From NCBI RefSeq assembly GCF_963921235.1, contig NC_086097.1:145578001-145642000 (forward strand): 64,000 nt of DNA, read 5' to 3'. Each line of letters opens with the position of its first letter. Positions within the stretch are counted from its first letter, which is position 1. Below are positions 48,188-60,100 of the stretch, one piece after another. Made by a program: the position numbers and the translations under genes. Below the pieces are notes generated by a model. It saw nothing but the letters and a program-made list of their open reading frames with translations, ran no database searches and was not told the DNA's origin. The DNA comes from Mobula hypostoma (taxonomy: Eukaryota).

Positions 48188-51100
48188 CTGTAAAACAGAA
48201 AGAAAATCTGAGTAAACTGGAAAGAATCCCTTCTACCAACTGAACAAAATTGATTCTTCATGTTATTCCACTTTTCACCTTCCAAAAAAATCTTACCAGG
48301 ATCTTATTTCTGAACTTTCTTCCTAATATTTTAGATAGCTTTAGGTTAAAACCTTTATGGTAATGTAAGGGTGAAATATTTTAGTTTGGTTCATTGCAGC
48401 AAAAGACGTGTTACAAATGCATTATGTATGTTTAGCAATTGGAGGAAACAAATTCAAATCCAAGAGGTTTTTTTTAAATATACCTTTTGAGATGAACTGC
48501 TGGGTGTTTTGGTGGTAAGGTTGGTGGTAACCCCATGCCTCAGTAGAACCTGCTCCACATGCTTGAGAATGGTTTCGTAACAGAACTTCAAGTGGAGCTA
48601 CAAACGTTTAAAAAAAAACAAAGGATTTAAAACCAACTGCATGTTGCTAGCATACTTGTACAATCACATTCCTTAAACCATGAAGGCACAAATTACTACG
48701 AAACTTAAATAAAACAGTTCACAAGCACATTATTCAAATACATGAATAATGTTCCTGCACCTGAAGTAATTTGACATGCTCGAATGACAAATAAATAATA
48801 TACCTTATGTACTTGACATGTGAGACTATAATCATGAGGTACATTATTTCCGAGCAAAAATCTTATTTTCCTATTTTTTTTTTAAAAACAGGAATCAAGT
48901 TGTAAAAATTTACTAGGAATACTCAATTCAGTCATCATCTATGAAAATAGCAACGTTTCAGATTAATGACCTTTGATCAGAAAAAGAAAAATTTATAGTG
49001 AATGAGGTGAAGTGATGGTGTAGAGACAATGCTGAAAAATGTGGTGATGCTGGCCAAGAAAGGGAAGTAAAGATATGTTAATCTATCTAGAGAATATACA
49101 AATAGGAGATGAATGATGGAAAAGAACAATAAAATACCTCTGATAATAAAAAGAACAACTGAGAGATACAGAAATCTGCCTTTGTTGAAAATCAGTACTA
49201 AACTAAATGCTGGATGTATCCAGGCAGCATATGCCTGAGCTTCACAGAGGACACTTTCGAGAGCAAACCATTCCATTCTCACCAATATGCAGTACTCTTC
49301 AGTTCTCATGTCCACAAAAATTCACCAAGATCTTGTTACAGTATTTTAAACAATTGTGTTCTTCCTCCTCTGAATGCTTGTGATAAGGTATTCCCCACTG
49401 TCTCACCTTTTCTTGTAGCATGTGTTTCCTCTGCTGCCTCATTTTCCTCACAATCCGAGACAAGTCAGGGATTCCATTGCCGGCCTCTACCTCCTGTATC
49501 GCTGCATAGACAAGACAGAAAGCACCAGTTCTTCTGACTCCCGAACTGAAAGAATGAATATGACATTAATATTTTGAAGTCATCGTACCTAACTCACAGA
49601 AATCTACAGCTAGTACTTAATCAATGTGCAGTTGTTCATCTTACAGTAAACGTCCCAGTTGGGAGGGTTTTCTAACCACATTAGAAGTAAATGCAGGACT
49701 GAGAAAGACTTTAGCCAATTTAAAGTACACAATACAAAGTCATTTCCACTTTGTTGTTCTGTTAATGCTATCAAAAATTTTAATTTGCTCGTTTATCAAA
49801 TGGGAAAAGCTCCAGTCACAATGATAGGAATACTCATTCAAGTTTTCTTACTGAACCATGCTGCAGGCCAAAAGTTTTAGCAATTTTGTGGCCATACATA
49901 GCTCAGGCACCTGCTTCTTTTTTTTTAAAAAAATGCATTTTAAACCAGGAAAGTTGGTCATAAGCAGATTGACCAATATCTTTTTGATGACTGATCTCGT
50001 TTTGACTGCAAGTCTATTTTTCCCTCATCAAAAGTAAATGAATGAATCAGAAGAATTGTTACAGCATCTGACAGTTGAATGGTCTCCATAGTTAAGTTTT
50101 TTAATAAATCAAAGCGATTTTATTTAAGACGATTTAAGTTCATGACTCATCCATTAATGGAATTGAAATACCCATGCCTATCATTTTGGGATTTGATTTC
50201 TCATCTCTAATCATAAGTGCATTTCCACTAACTTAACTACCATGCTACCATATGTTAAACTGAGTTCAAAACTTTAGATAACTTTTCCAATGTCTTAACC
50301 ACTTAAATTCTTCATTCCACATTCCTTCTCTGCAAGATCAGAAAACAGGGTTACCTGCAATGGACAACAACAGGGGTATGTAGTGGACGCTGGTGCAGAT
50401 AATGTCCATGTACTTCCTGAATAAAACGCAGCAAGTGACTCTTACTGTCAGGCAACCCCCTACAAAAAGGTCAGAACAAATTCTACTTTAAAATTGTAGA
50501 ACATACGATGTGCAGCAAAGATAAATCAAAGCAGGCAACCCTCACTCAGGATTAAATTACTGCATTTCAACATACAAGGTTCAGTTTGATTCCATGAATA
50601 TTGGCAGCTGCTATTTATTCCCCAAGTTTTATTCTAAAACAAGCATTAGTAGTCACAAGTACAAGAAATTCTGCAGATGCTAGAAATCCAGAACACACAA
50701 AATGCTGGAATTCTGCAGGTCAAAAGCATCTATGGAAATAAATAAGCAGTTGACATTTTGGGTCATGATCCTTCATCAGGACTGGAAAGGAAGGGAACAC
50801 CAGAATAAGGTAGGAAGAGAGGAAGGAGTACAAGCTAGAAGGTGATAGGTGAAGTCAAAGGAATAGGGGAGGGGGGGATGAAGTAAGAAGCTGGGAAATA
50901 ACAGTAGAAAGTGTAAAGGGCAGAAGAAGGAATCTGATATGAGAGTAGAGTCAACCATTGGAGAAAGGGAAGGAGGAGAGATACCGTGGAGGTTATAGGC
51001 TGATGAGAAGAGGTAAGAGTGGTGGCAGAGTGGGAAATAGAAGAAAAGGGAAAAATTACCAGATGGTAGAGAAACTGGTGTTCTTGCCATCATTGGAGGC

Positions 51101-54100
51101 TACCACGACAGAATTTGAGGTGTTGCCCCTCAAAACTGAGAATGGCTTCATCGTGACAATAGAGGCGGCCATGGACTGACATGTTGGAATGGGGATTGGA
51201 ATTAAAATGATTTGCCACTAAGAAGTACTGCTTTTTACAGATGGAGCAAAGGTGCTCAACAAAGCGATCTCCCAATCTATGTTGGGTGTCACCTATGTAG
51301 AGAAGGCTGTATCAGATGCACTGGATAGAGTAGATGACACAAACAGATTCACAGGTGAAGTGTTGTCTTATCTAAAAGGACTGTTCAGGACCCTGAATGG
51401 CGGTGAATGGGCAGGTATAGCATTTCACTCATGTGTAGGAATATGTAACAGCAGGAAATTAGTGGGGAGGGACTAATTTGGAACGATCCCCGCAGAAAGC
51501 AGAGAGTGGCAGGGATATAAACATGTGCTTAGTGGTAGGATCCCATGGAGGTGGAAGTTGCAAAGAATGATGTGTTGGATGTGGAAGCCTATGAGATGGT
51601 AGGTGAGGAAAGAGGGACTCTATCCCTGTAAAGGCAGTGGGAAGATGGGGTGAGAGCAGTTGTCTGTGAAATGGAGGAGATGTGGGTGAGGGCAGCATCT
51701 ATGGTGGGGAAGGGAAAGCTCCGGTCTTTGGAGGAGGACATCCCTCTGATTGTAGGATTTCAGGCACAACAGAATCCAGTATCTCTAAGCACCCAGTTTC
51801 CAATAGCATGTGACTAAGATATTTTCCCAACAAGTCAGGGACAATGGAAACAAAACAAAAAAAAAGACAACTGCAGTAAACAAATTACACATACAGCACA
51901 TCAGACAAGCAATCAAATGTAGGCCCTCCATAACCTCAGAGTTTTAGTAGATTGGGCCTATTCTAGTTATAAACAAATGCAAACTCACAGCTCAGGCCAC
52001 GATGTAAACTGCAGGTGAATGATTGTCCGTTTCAGACTCTGGTCTTTGTACTGCAGCCCAATCATACGTTCCACATGAGTTTGTGTTATTTTCTGTGTGG
52101 TCAACGTCAAAGTAATGGGCCCATGCACTATCTGTTGGCCTCTTTCTGCAGGGAAGTAACGGACTACCTTTTGCTGCATAGGGAGATTGAATAAAGGACA
52201 GTGAGATACACCAAATTTCTTCCAGTAATCACCATTTCTCCAGTATTGTTATTAAGCAATCTTTATGTGAAAGGCTGAACCCTGGACTGGTCAGTAAGGT
52301 GATAACAGTCAGCCAAAAGAAAAGAAAAGGAGAAAAGGCGGCTTCAGATTTATTAAATTTTGTTCAGAAAGCTGCATTAAAAAAAAATCAAGAACATTGT
52401 TATTGCCAGGAGAATTAGCATATATTGTGTGGACTAGAGATGAAGAATGTTGGACATTACTGATGGGGATTGTTAGGCTATATCCACTATTATGGGAATG
52501 GAAACACAAAGGACTAACCAGGTTAAGAATAGTAGTGATTTTTAACTACTTTCTTGACATTAGCAAATCAGTTGCATTTGTAATACTTTCTGTTCACTTC
52601 CTTATAATTTAGAATAAATTTTGTATTTTAATGTCCCATTTTAGAGATTCATACTGTTTCTAAGGTTATGCATTGAGCTCTCATCCACAATTGCTCAATA
52701 TTAGAAGTCAAATGTGACAGCTGAGCCTATCATCTCCTTCATCCAGCAACTGGCTTTAACTAGGGGTCAATGAACAACCAATTACCTGATTGTCATTTGC
52801 TGTACAATTAATATGAACCCATCTTAGATCTGATAAACAGTGGAGTGAGAATCAAATCTCCACTTTTTGTTTTCGTTTCATGACTTGCCCATTCTTGAAG
52901 TGTGGAATGAAAAGATGCATCTCAAGATCATTCAAAATCTACCAATATATCGTATTATAGCAATCTTTATCCACAGGAGAGATTTGCCATTTAATAACAC
53001 AATGCTTCAATGCTCTACCCAATGGCCAGATAGCCTGACATTTCAGCACATCGCAAATCATTGTTCTTACCCTGAAAGACTCATGTCTGTAAAGTAATGC
53101 AATTCTTTTCTGTTCTCCCAGAAAGATGCTCCAGTTGTCCACAGCAAGATTAAAAATACTGTAGCTTGCTGTATTTCAGAATTAGCTTTTCATCAATACA
53201 AAAAATATTATCTGGGAACACCTGAGATAACCAATGGTATTCTTGTCTATGGCCCAGAAGAGTATTTCTGATTAATGATGGGTGGAGGACAAGCAAATAC
53301 AAACATTGTAATCTTTATTGACAGTCACCGACGATTACTAAAAATAGATTGTTTAAAGACTGTTGGCTTCATCTGAATAAGGGGTCATGGGTTAAGGGAG
53401 AAAGGTGAAATGATTACAGGGAACATGAGGGGGAACTTCACTCAGTTGGTCCTGAGAGTGTGGAAAGAGCTGCCAGTAGAAATGATTGATGCAGGTTCAA
53501 TTTCAACATTCAAGAGAAATTTGGACAGGTACACAGATGTTAGGGGTATGGAGGGCTATGGTCCAGGTACCAGTCAATGGAACAAGGCAGATTAATAGTT
53601 TGGCATGGACTAAATGGGCCAAAGACCCTGGAACTGCACAGAAGTGTTCTATGACTAACCACGTGGCAGCTTGTTAGTAGGGTCAAGTATAAAGATTGAG
53701 ATTTCTTCAGAAAGGTAAACTTAAATTGTTGTCACATTAAAATGCATTTCAGACAACTCAAGCACTGGCTTTGGACAAGTGAGCAACAAGCTGGCCATTC
53801 TCATTGTCAGAAGGACACGTCTCCCACACAGTTTTATGCATAGTGTGGAGAAACATGACAATGAAGTGGCAGTGCGACTGTAGGTGCATACAGTTGATGT
53901 GAAGATAGCGCCGGTAACTGGCGACTTTGCGCGTGCTCTCCCAAGCAAACTGCTCTCTCCACTATCCTATACCTGAGAAACCCTTCTAAACCTCCAATTT
54001 AGCAAGAACAACAACACCCTGGCGAAGCTACTGACCCAGCTGGAGACCACTGCGCCAGAACTGCTTCTTAAACTCCGGACCGCACCTGGACCCGACCAAC

Positions 54101-57100
54101 GAAGCCCACCACGTTCCCAGAGACCCGCGGAGTGCTACCGTGCCGGAGCGCTTGGAGACACGGCCCATTCCAACCAGCACCTGTTCAGAGCAGATGACCA
54201 CACAGAAATGACGGCGGAGACCTCAAGGTGCCCCAGACGCCTCCCCGGAGTGACCACCATAAAGCCCCATTGGTGGCCATCTACAGCTGCGGGAAGTGAG
54301 GCCTCCACCGCTGACATCGGAAATCGAGCCCGAGGCTCGGCTGGAGCGGAGGCCTCCGCAACCGTGACTCAGCTCAAGGACTTGTTTCAGCCAGGAGCCT
54401 GGCCATCCGGGATTAAGTGTCGGCTTCGGGGCCCAACCCAATCGACAGCCCGGGCCCCTGGCAGCTGGAAGTGACAGCGCAGCCTCCCCGCTTACTCAGC
54501 CCGACCCCGAGTGCACAACGACGCGACCCGCTCATTGATTCCCACGGATGCGTCCATCTACCTCATACAGCTGACAACAACACACTGCATCGATGAAAAC
54601 CTAGAAAGATGCACTATTTACCAAGAAAGCGTGGGAAAAGAGCTGGGCTGCTGGTCAGATTGAAGCTCGGGGCTTAAGGGTCCCTATGCCCACCATCCTA
54701 CTAGCTAATGTGCAAGCCATCGAGAACAAGGTGAATGATCTTAAAGGGAGACTCACCTACTGCAGGGTGTATTGTTTCACCGAGACCTGGCTCTCCCCTG
54801 CCACCCCCGACTGTGCCATCCGACCGGAGGGATTTTCAATCCATCTGATGGACCGCACAGCATCTTTGGGCAAGACGAGGGGAGGTGGCGTCTGCCTACT
54901 GATCAACACTGGGTGGTGCTCAGACACAGTGGCACTGACAAGCTCCTGCAGCCCGGACCTGGAACACCTGTCGGTGAAGTGTCGTCCCTACTATCTGCCA
55001 TGGGAATTCACCTCGGTCATACTGACAGCGGTCTGCATTCCCCCCCAGGCGGACGTGGAGTGTGCTCTGAACATACTGTATGCCAACATCAGTGAACTTG
55101 AGACCAGGTATCCGGAGGCTTTGCTCATTACAGCCGGGGACTTTAACCAGGCCAACCTCAGAAAGGCGCTGCCAAAGTTATACCAACATGTCTCCTGCCC
55201 CACTAGAGGCCGGAGTATACTTGACCACTGCTACACAGCAGTCAAGGATGCCTACCGTTCCGTCCCACGACCTCACTTCGGAAAATCGGACCATCAGGCC
55301 GTACTCCTCCTCCCGGCTTACAAACAGAAACTGAAGCGGGAGGTCACGGTGTCAAAAGTACGGTCGCGTTGGACGGAGGAAACAGATGAGGTCCTCTGTG
55401 ACTGCTTTGAATCGGTGGACTGGTTAGTATTCAAGGACTCGGCAGCTAACCTCGATGAGTATGACTCAGCAGTCACGGACTTTATTTGGAAATGCACGGA
55501 GGACTGTGTGTCTCGCAAGACGATCTGGGTATTCCCTAACCAGAAACCTTGGGTGAATTATGAGGTCAAGTCCCTTTTAAAGCCTAGAGCTGCGGCTTTC
55601 AGGTCCGGGGATACCAGTCGCTACAAGGAATCCAGGCGTGATCTCCGGAAAGCCATTAAGGGCGCCAAGAGACAATATCGAGCCAAGTTGGAAGCCCAGG
55701 CTAACCAGAGGGATGCCAGTAGACTATGGCAGGGTCTAAATGAGATCACTGGGCTCAAAGAAAAGGCTGAGAATATCAATAACTGTGGCGCTTCTCTTCC
55801 TGACAAACTTAACGTATTCTACGCAAGATTCGAACAGAAGAGGAGCGTCCCGCTCCCTCCGGATGAACCGGACCTGGTGGCATTGAGATTCATCGTCACC
55901 GAGGAGGACGTTAGAAGAGCCTTCCTGAAGACAAATCCAAGGAAGGCGACGGGCCCAGATGGCGTCCCAGGACGGGTTCTCCGTGCCTGTGAAAGCGAGC
56001 TAGCTGGAGTGTTTGCTGACATCTTCAACTGCTCCTTGCTTCAGTCTAAGATCCCCTCGTGTTTTAAGAAGGCAACAATAATCCCAGTGCCGAAGAAGAG
56101 CAAGGTGGCATGCCTGAATGACTATCGACCTGTGGCTCTGACATCAATTGCTATGAAGTGCTTCGAGCGATTGGTTATGGCACACATCAACCACAGCCTA
56201 CCGGTCAACCTCGATGCTTTGCAATTCGCCTACCGGAGCACCAGATCAATGGCAGATGCCATCTCTCTGGCCCTACATTCCTCCTTAGATCATCTGGAGA
56301 ATAAAGACGCATACGTAAGGCTCCTTTTCATTGACTACAGCTCTACCTTTAATACCATCATTCCAAATAAACTGATTCCTAAGCTCCGGAACCTGGGCCT
56401 TAGCACCCAGATCTGCAGCTGGATCTTCAACTTCCTCACAGACAGGACCAAGGCTGTAAAAATAGGGGACAAGCTCTCCTCTACAATCACTCTGAGCACC
56501 GGTGCCCCACAAGGCTGTGTACTCAGCCCCCTGCTGTACTCACTGTACACCCATGATTGTGTAGCCAAGTTTCCATCAAACTCAATTTATAAGTTTGCTG
56601 ATGACACAACAATTGTAGGCCGTATCTAGGGTAATGATGAGTTTGAGTAGAGAGGAAATTACGAACCTGGTGGCATGGTGCGAAGACAATAACCTATCCC
56701 TCAACGTCAGCAAGACGAAGGAGTTGGTTGCTGACTTCAGAAGGAGTAGCGGACCGCACCACCCAATTTACATCGCTGGTGCGCAAGTGGAACAGGTCAA
56801 AACCTTTAAGTTCTTCGGGGTCAATATCACAAATGACCTGACTTGGTCCAACCAAGCAGAGTCCACTGCCAAGATGGCCCACCAGCGCCTTTACTTCCTG
56901 AGAAAACTAAAGAAATTTGGCATGTCCCCTAAAACCCTCACTAATTTTTATAGATGCACCGTAGAAAGCATTCTTCTAGGGTGCATCACAACCTGGTATG
57001 GAAGTTGTCCTGTCCAAGACCAGAAGAAGCTGCAGAAGATGGTGAACACGGCGCAGCACATCACACAAACCAATCTTCCATCCATGGAATCATTTTACAC

Positions 57101-60100
57101 CGCACACTGTCGGAGCAGTGCTGCCAGGATAATCAAGGACACGACCCACCCAGCCAACAAACTTTTCCTCCCTCTTCCCTCCAGGAGAAGGCTAAGGAGC
57201 TTGAAGACTCGTACGGCCAGATTTGGGAACAGCTTCTTTCCAACTGTGATAAGACTGCTGAACGGATCCTGGCCCGGATCTGGGCTGTAGTCTCCAAATA
57301 TCCGGACCTGCCTTTCGGGGTTTTTTTGCACTACCTTATTTTCCATTTTTCTATTTTCTATTTATGATTTACAATTTAAATTATTAATATTTACTAATTA
57401 CTATTTTTAATATTTAATATTTGTAATCCAGGGAGTGGGAAGCACAGTATCAAATATCGCTGTGATGATTGTACATTCTAGTATCAATTGTTTGGCGACA
57501 ATAAAGCATAAAGTATAAAGTATACTGCCATTCCACAGGCATTGATTATTCTGCCCAAATACAAATTTATTCAATTTCATTAATTCCCATAGATTGTCAA
57601 TAGGTTGCCAAATATCATGACTTACCTTCTCTACTTCTTGTTCAGAGACAAGCATAACTATCAGAGACACTTTCTGCTCATAAATCATTAGCCAGAAATC
57701 CGATGCAGTTCCCACCAGCGGCGCCTGGGTAGCTATGATTCTCGGACAGTAAGATGATAAGTCCTCAATCATGCTTGCATTTATATAGTCATCTTTTCCA
57801 GACTGGATTATAATTCTATTTTTATCATAAGGCATGATATCCTGATGACGGTTTTTCATGGTATAGCAGCGGGCAATGGCAATAGATAATTGTCGGGCAT
57901 CTTTCTCTTGAGCATCCTGTAAATCTTTCCATTTACAGTCCAGTTCAGTCAATGTTCCAAATGATGGCCTATCCAATGAATCAATAATGACTTTAAAGTT
58001 TTCCAACTCGCTCAGCAACATTTTCACATGCTCAGGCTTCTCATAGGGATCTTTCTCAATGATTTGAATTCCCTTTGGCTTCTGCCCTTCCTTTGCGTCA
58101 GCTTTAGTTGGCAGAAGAAGTGGCTGAGTCACAGTTGTCTGAGGCCCTCCATGCTGGCTGTCAGGACTAGATGACAGAAGGTCATCAGTTAAAGAGTTTT
58201 GTCTCTGGAAAGGTACTTCTGAGACAGGTTGAGTTGATGTAGGTGCACCAGGTGTAAAAGATTGGGGTGGCCTCTGTTGCATGACAGTAGACCCAGGCAT
58301 TGGTGTGGGCTGCATTGCTGCAGGAAGAGTACTGACCTGTCCTTGTGCAGGCTTTGGGGAGGGGGATGCTGGAGGAGGCAAAGGAGATCCAGGTCCAAAT
58401 GCGCTGGATTGCATTTGGCCAACAGCTGTACTGGATGTAGGCTGGACTGGATGAGAAGAAAGATGGCCAGACGAAATAGGCTGTGGTGCTCCAATATGGT
58501 TTTGTAGAAGTGCTGGTGGCAATCCAGAATGAAGCTGAGGTGGGACAGGTGTAAACGGCACACCTGGGAGCCCTTGAGCTGAAGATCCAGGAAGCAAAGT
58601 CACTGGCTGTGTCTCTGTGGCAGGTGGTAGAGCATGGCATGGTTGAACTTGTGGAACCACTGCAACAGGAACAGTCTGTCTCGGTTGCTGCACACTACCT
58701 GAATTTGCTGGAAAAACAGTGTTGCCTGGATGAGTGGGAACACCAGGTTGAGCAATTTTATCTTGAGGAGGATGTTGATAGAGGTGCGGTCTTAGCTGAG
58801 GCTGCATCTGAAGCCGAGGCTGAGCTGGCATTGGTACTGAAGGACGGGGTGGGATCTGTGCTGGATTTTGAGGTCTTGTCTGAGGCTGGAACTGTGGCCT
58901 AGTCTGAGGAAAGAACTGTGATGGGTAAGGCTGTTGAGTTGGCATTTGAGGCCTAATTTGCAGTTGATGATCTGGATGCATCTGTGGCGGGTGTTGAAAC
59001 ACACGCTGTGGTCCCTGGGCAGGATCAACAAATGGTGGCACATTAGTAAAATGAGACACCTGGCCACCAGACTGGTATGGATACTGACCAACAGCATTCA
59101 TTCCAGGTAGAGAAGGAACTCCAGCTGAAACAGTGGGGAGTTGTTTCATTGTTGTTTCATAGACTGGCTGCCTATTCATCTGCCCTGTCACTATTTGAGG
59201 ATCCGGTGTGAAGCTAGAAATTGGAGTCTGTATGCTATCTACTGTTGTGGTTGAAGGTCTAACTCCTATATTTGATTGAGGGACTGTGTTAGCTCCAGGC
59301 ATCGGACTACAGAATTGTCCAGGATGAGCAAGCATAGGCTCAACTGGTGGAGCAGGTGTGTGCAAACCAGTGTTAACTGGTACAGCTGAAGAACCCGGTT
59401 GCCCCATTCCATAAGGACCAGCAGTACTATAAGGATGACCCACTGAAGGAGCAGATATGGAATTTGGCATGTGTTGTGGTGAAGTCCCCCTTGGAGGCAA
59501 ATGGCCAGACGTGAACTGAGGCTGACCAGGATTGGGATCTCTAGTTCTGGGAACCACAGGAAAGACTGGTGGTGGTGGTGGTGAAGAGGCAGAGATGTGT
59601 TGAGGGAGGACAGGACAGGAGACAGATGAACCCATGCCATGAGGAGGTACACCAGATGCACCACTGATTGAAGGAGGCCCCGAATGACTAATTCCTACAT
59701 AAGGTGGTTGGGCTATACCACCAACGGAACATGATGGCTGTGGAACTGCTCCCCCATGAAAATATGGATGCACATGGCCCGATACTGACGTAGCTGGCGG
59801 AAACCGTTGACCGGGTAATGGTGGTTGTAGTGGTGGACTAGTAGTCCTAGCAGCAAAGAAAACCTCTGGAGCTGCATGTTTTATCCTTGGAAAACCTGCA
59901 GGATCCATAGGATATGGTCCAATGCCATCTACAGACATTCCACTAATGTGTGAAGCCAAAGAGTTTGGTGGTAAGCTCTTCAATTCATTGGGTAGATCAC
60001 TGAAAGCAAGTGCTGCATTAAATGCTTGCATATCTAAATCTTCAATACTTGACAAAGATTCAAGTTCTGCATCAGAAGGTTTTTGTAAAGGTTTTGGTGC

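Noticed and set aside
53900..54700. CpG island as a host gene promoter
   Set aside because: It is the 5' region of the young Rex1 element and leads into its ORF (RKRGKRAGLLVRLK...MPTILLANVQ).
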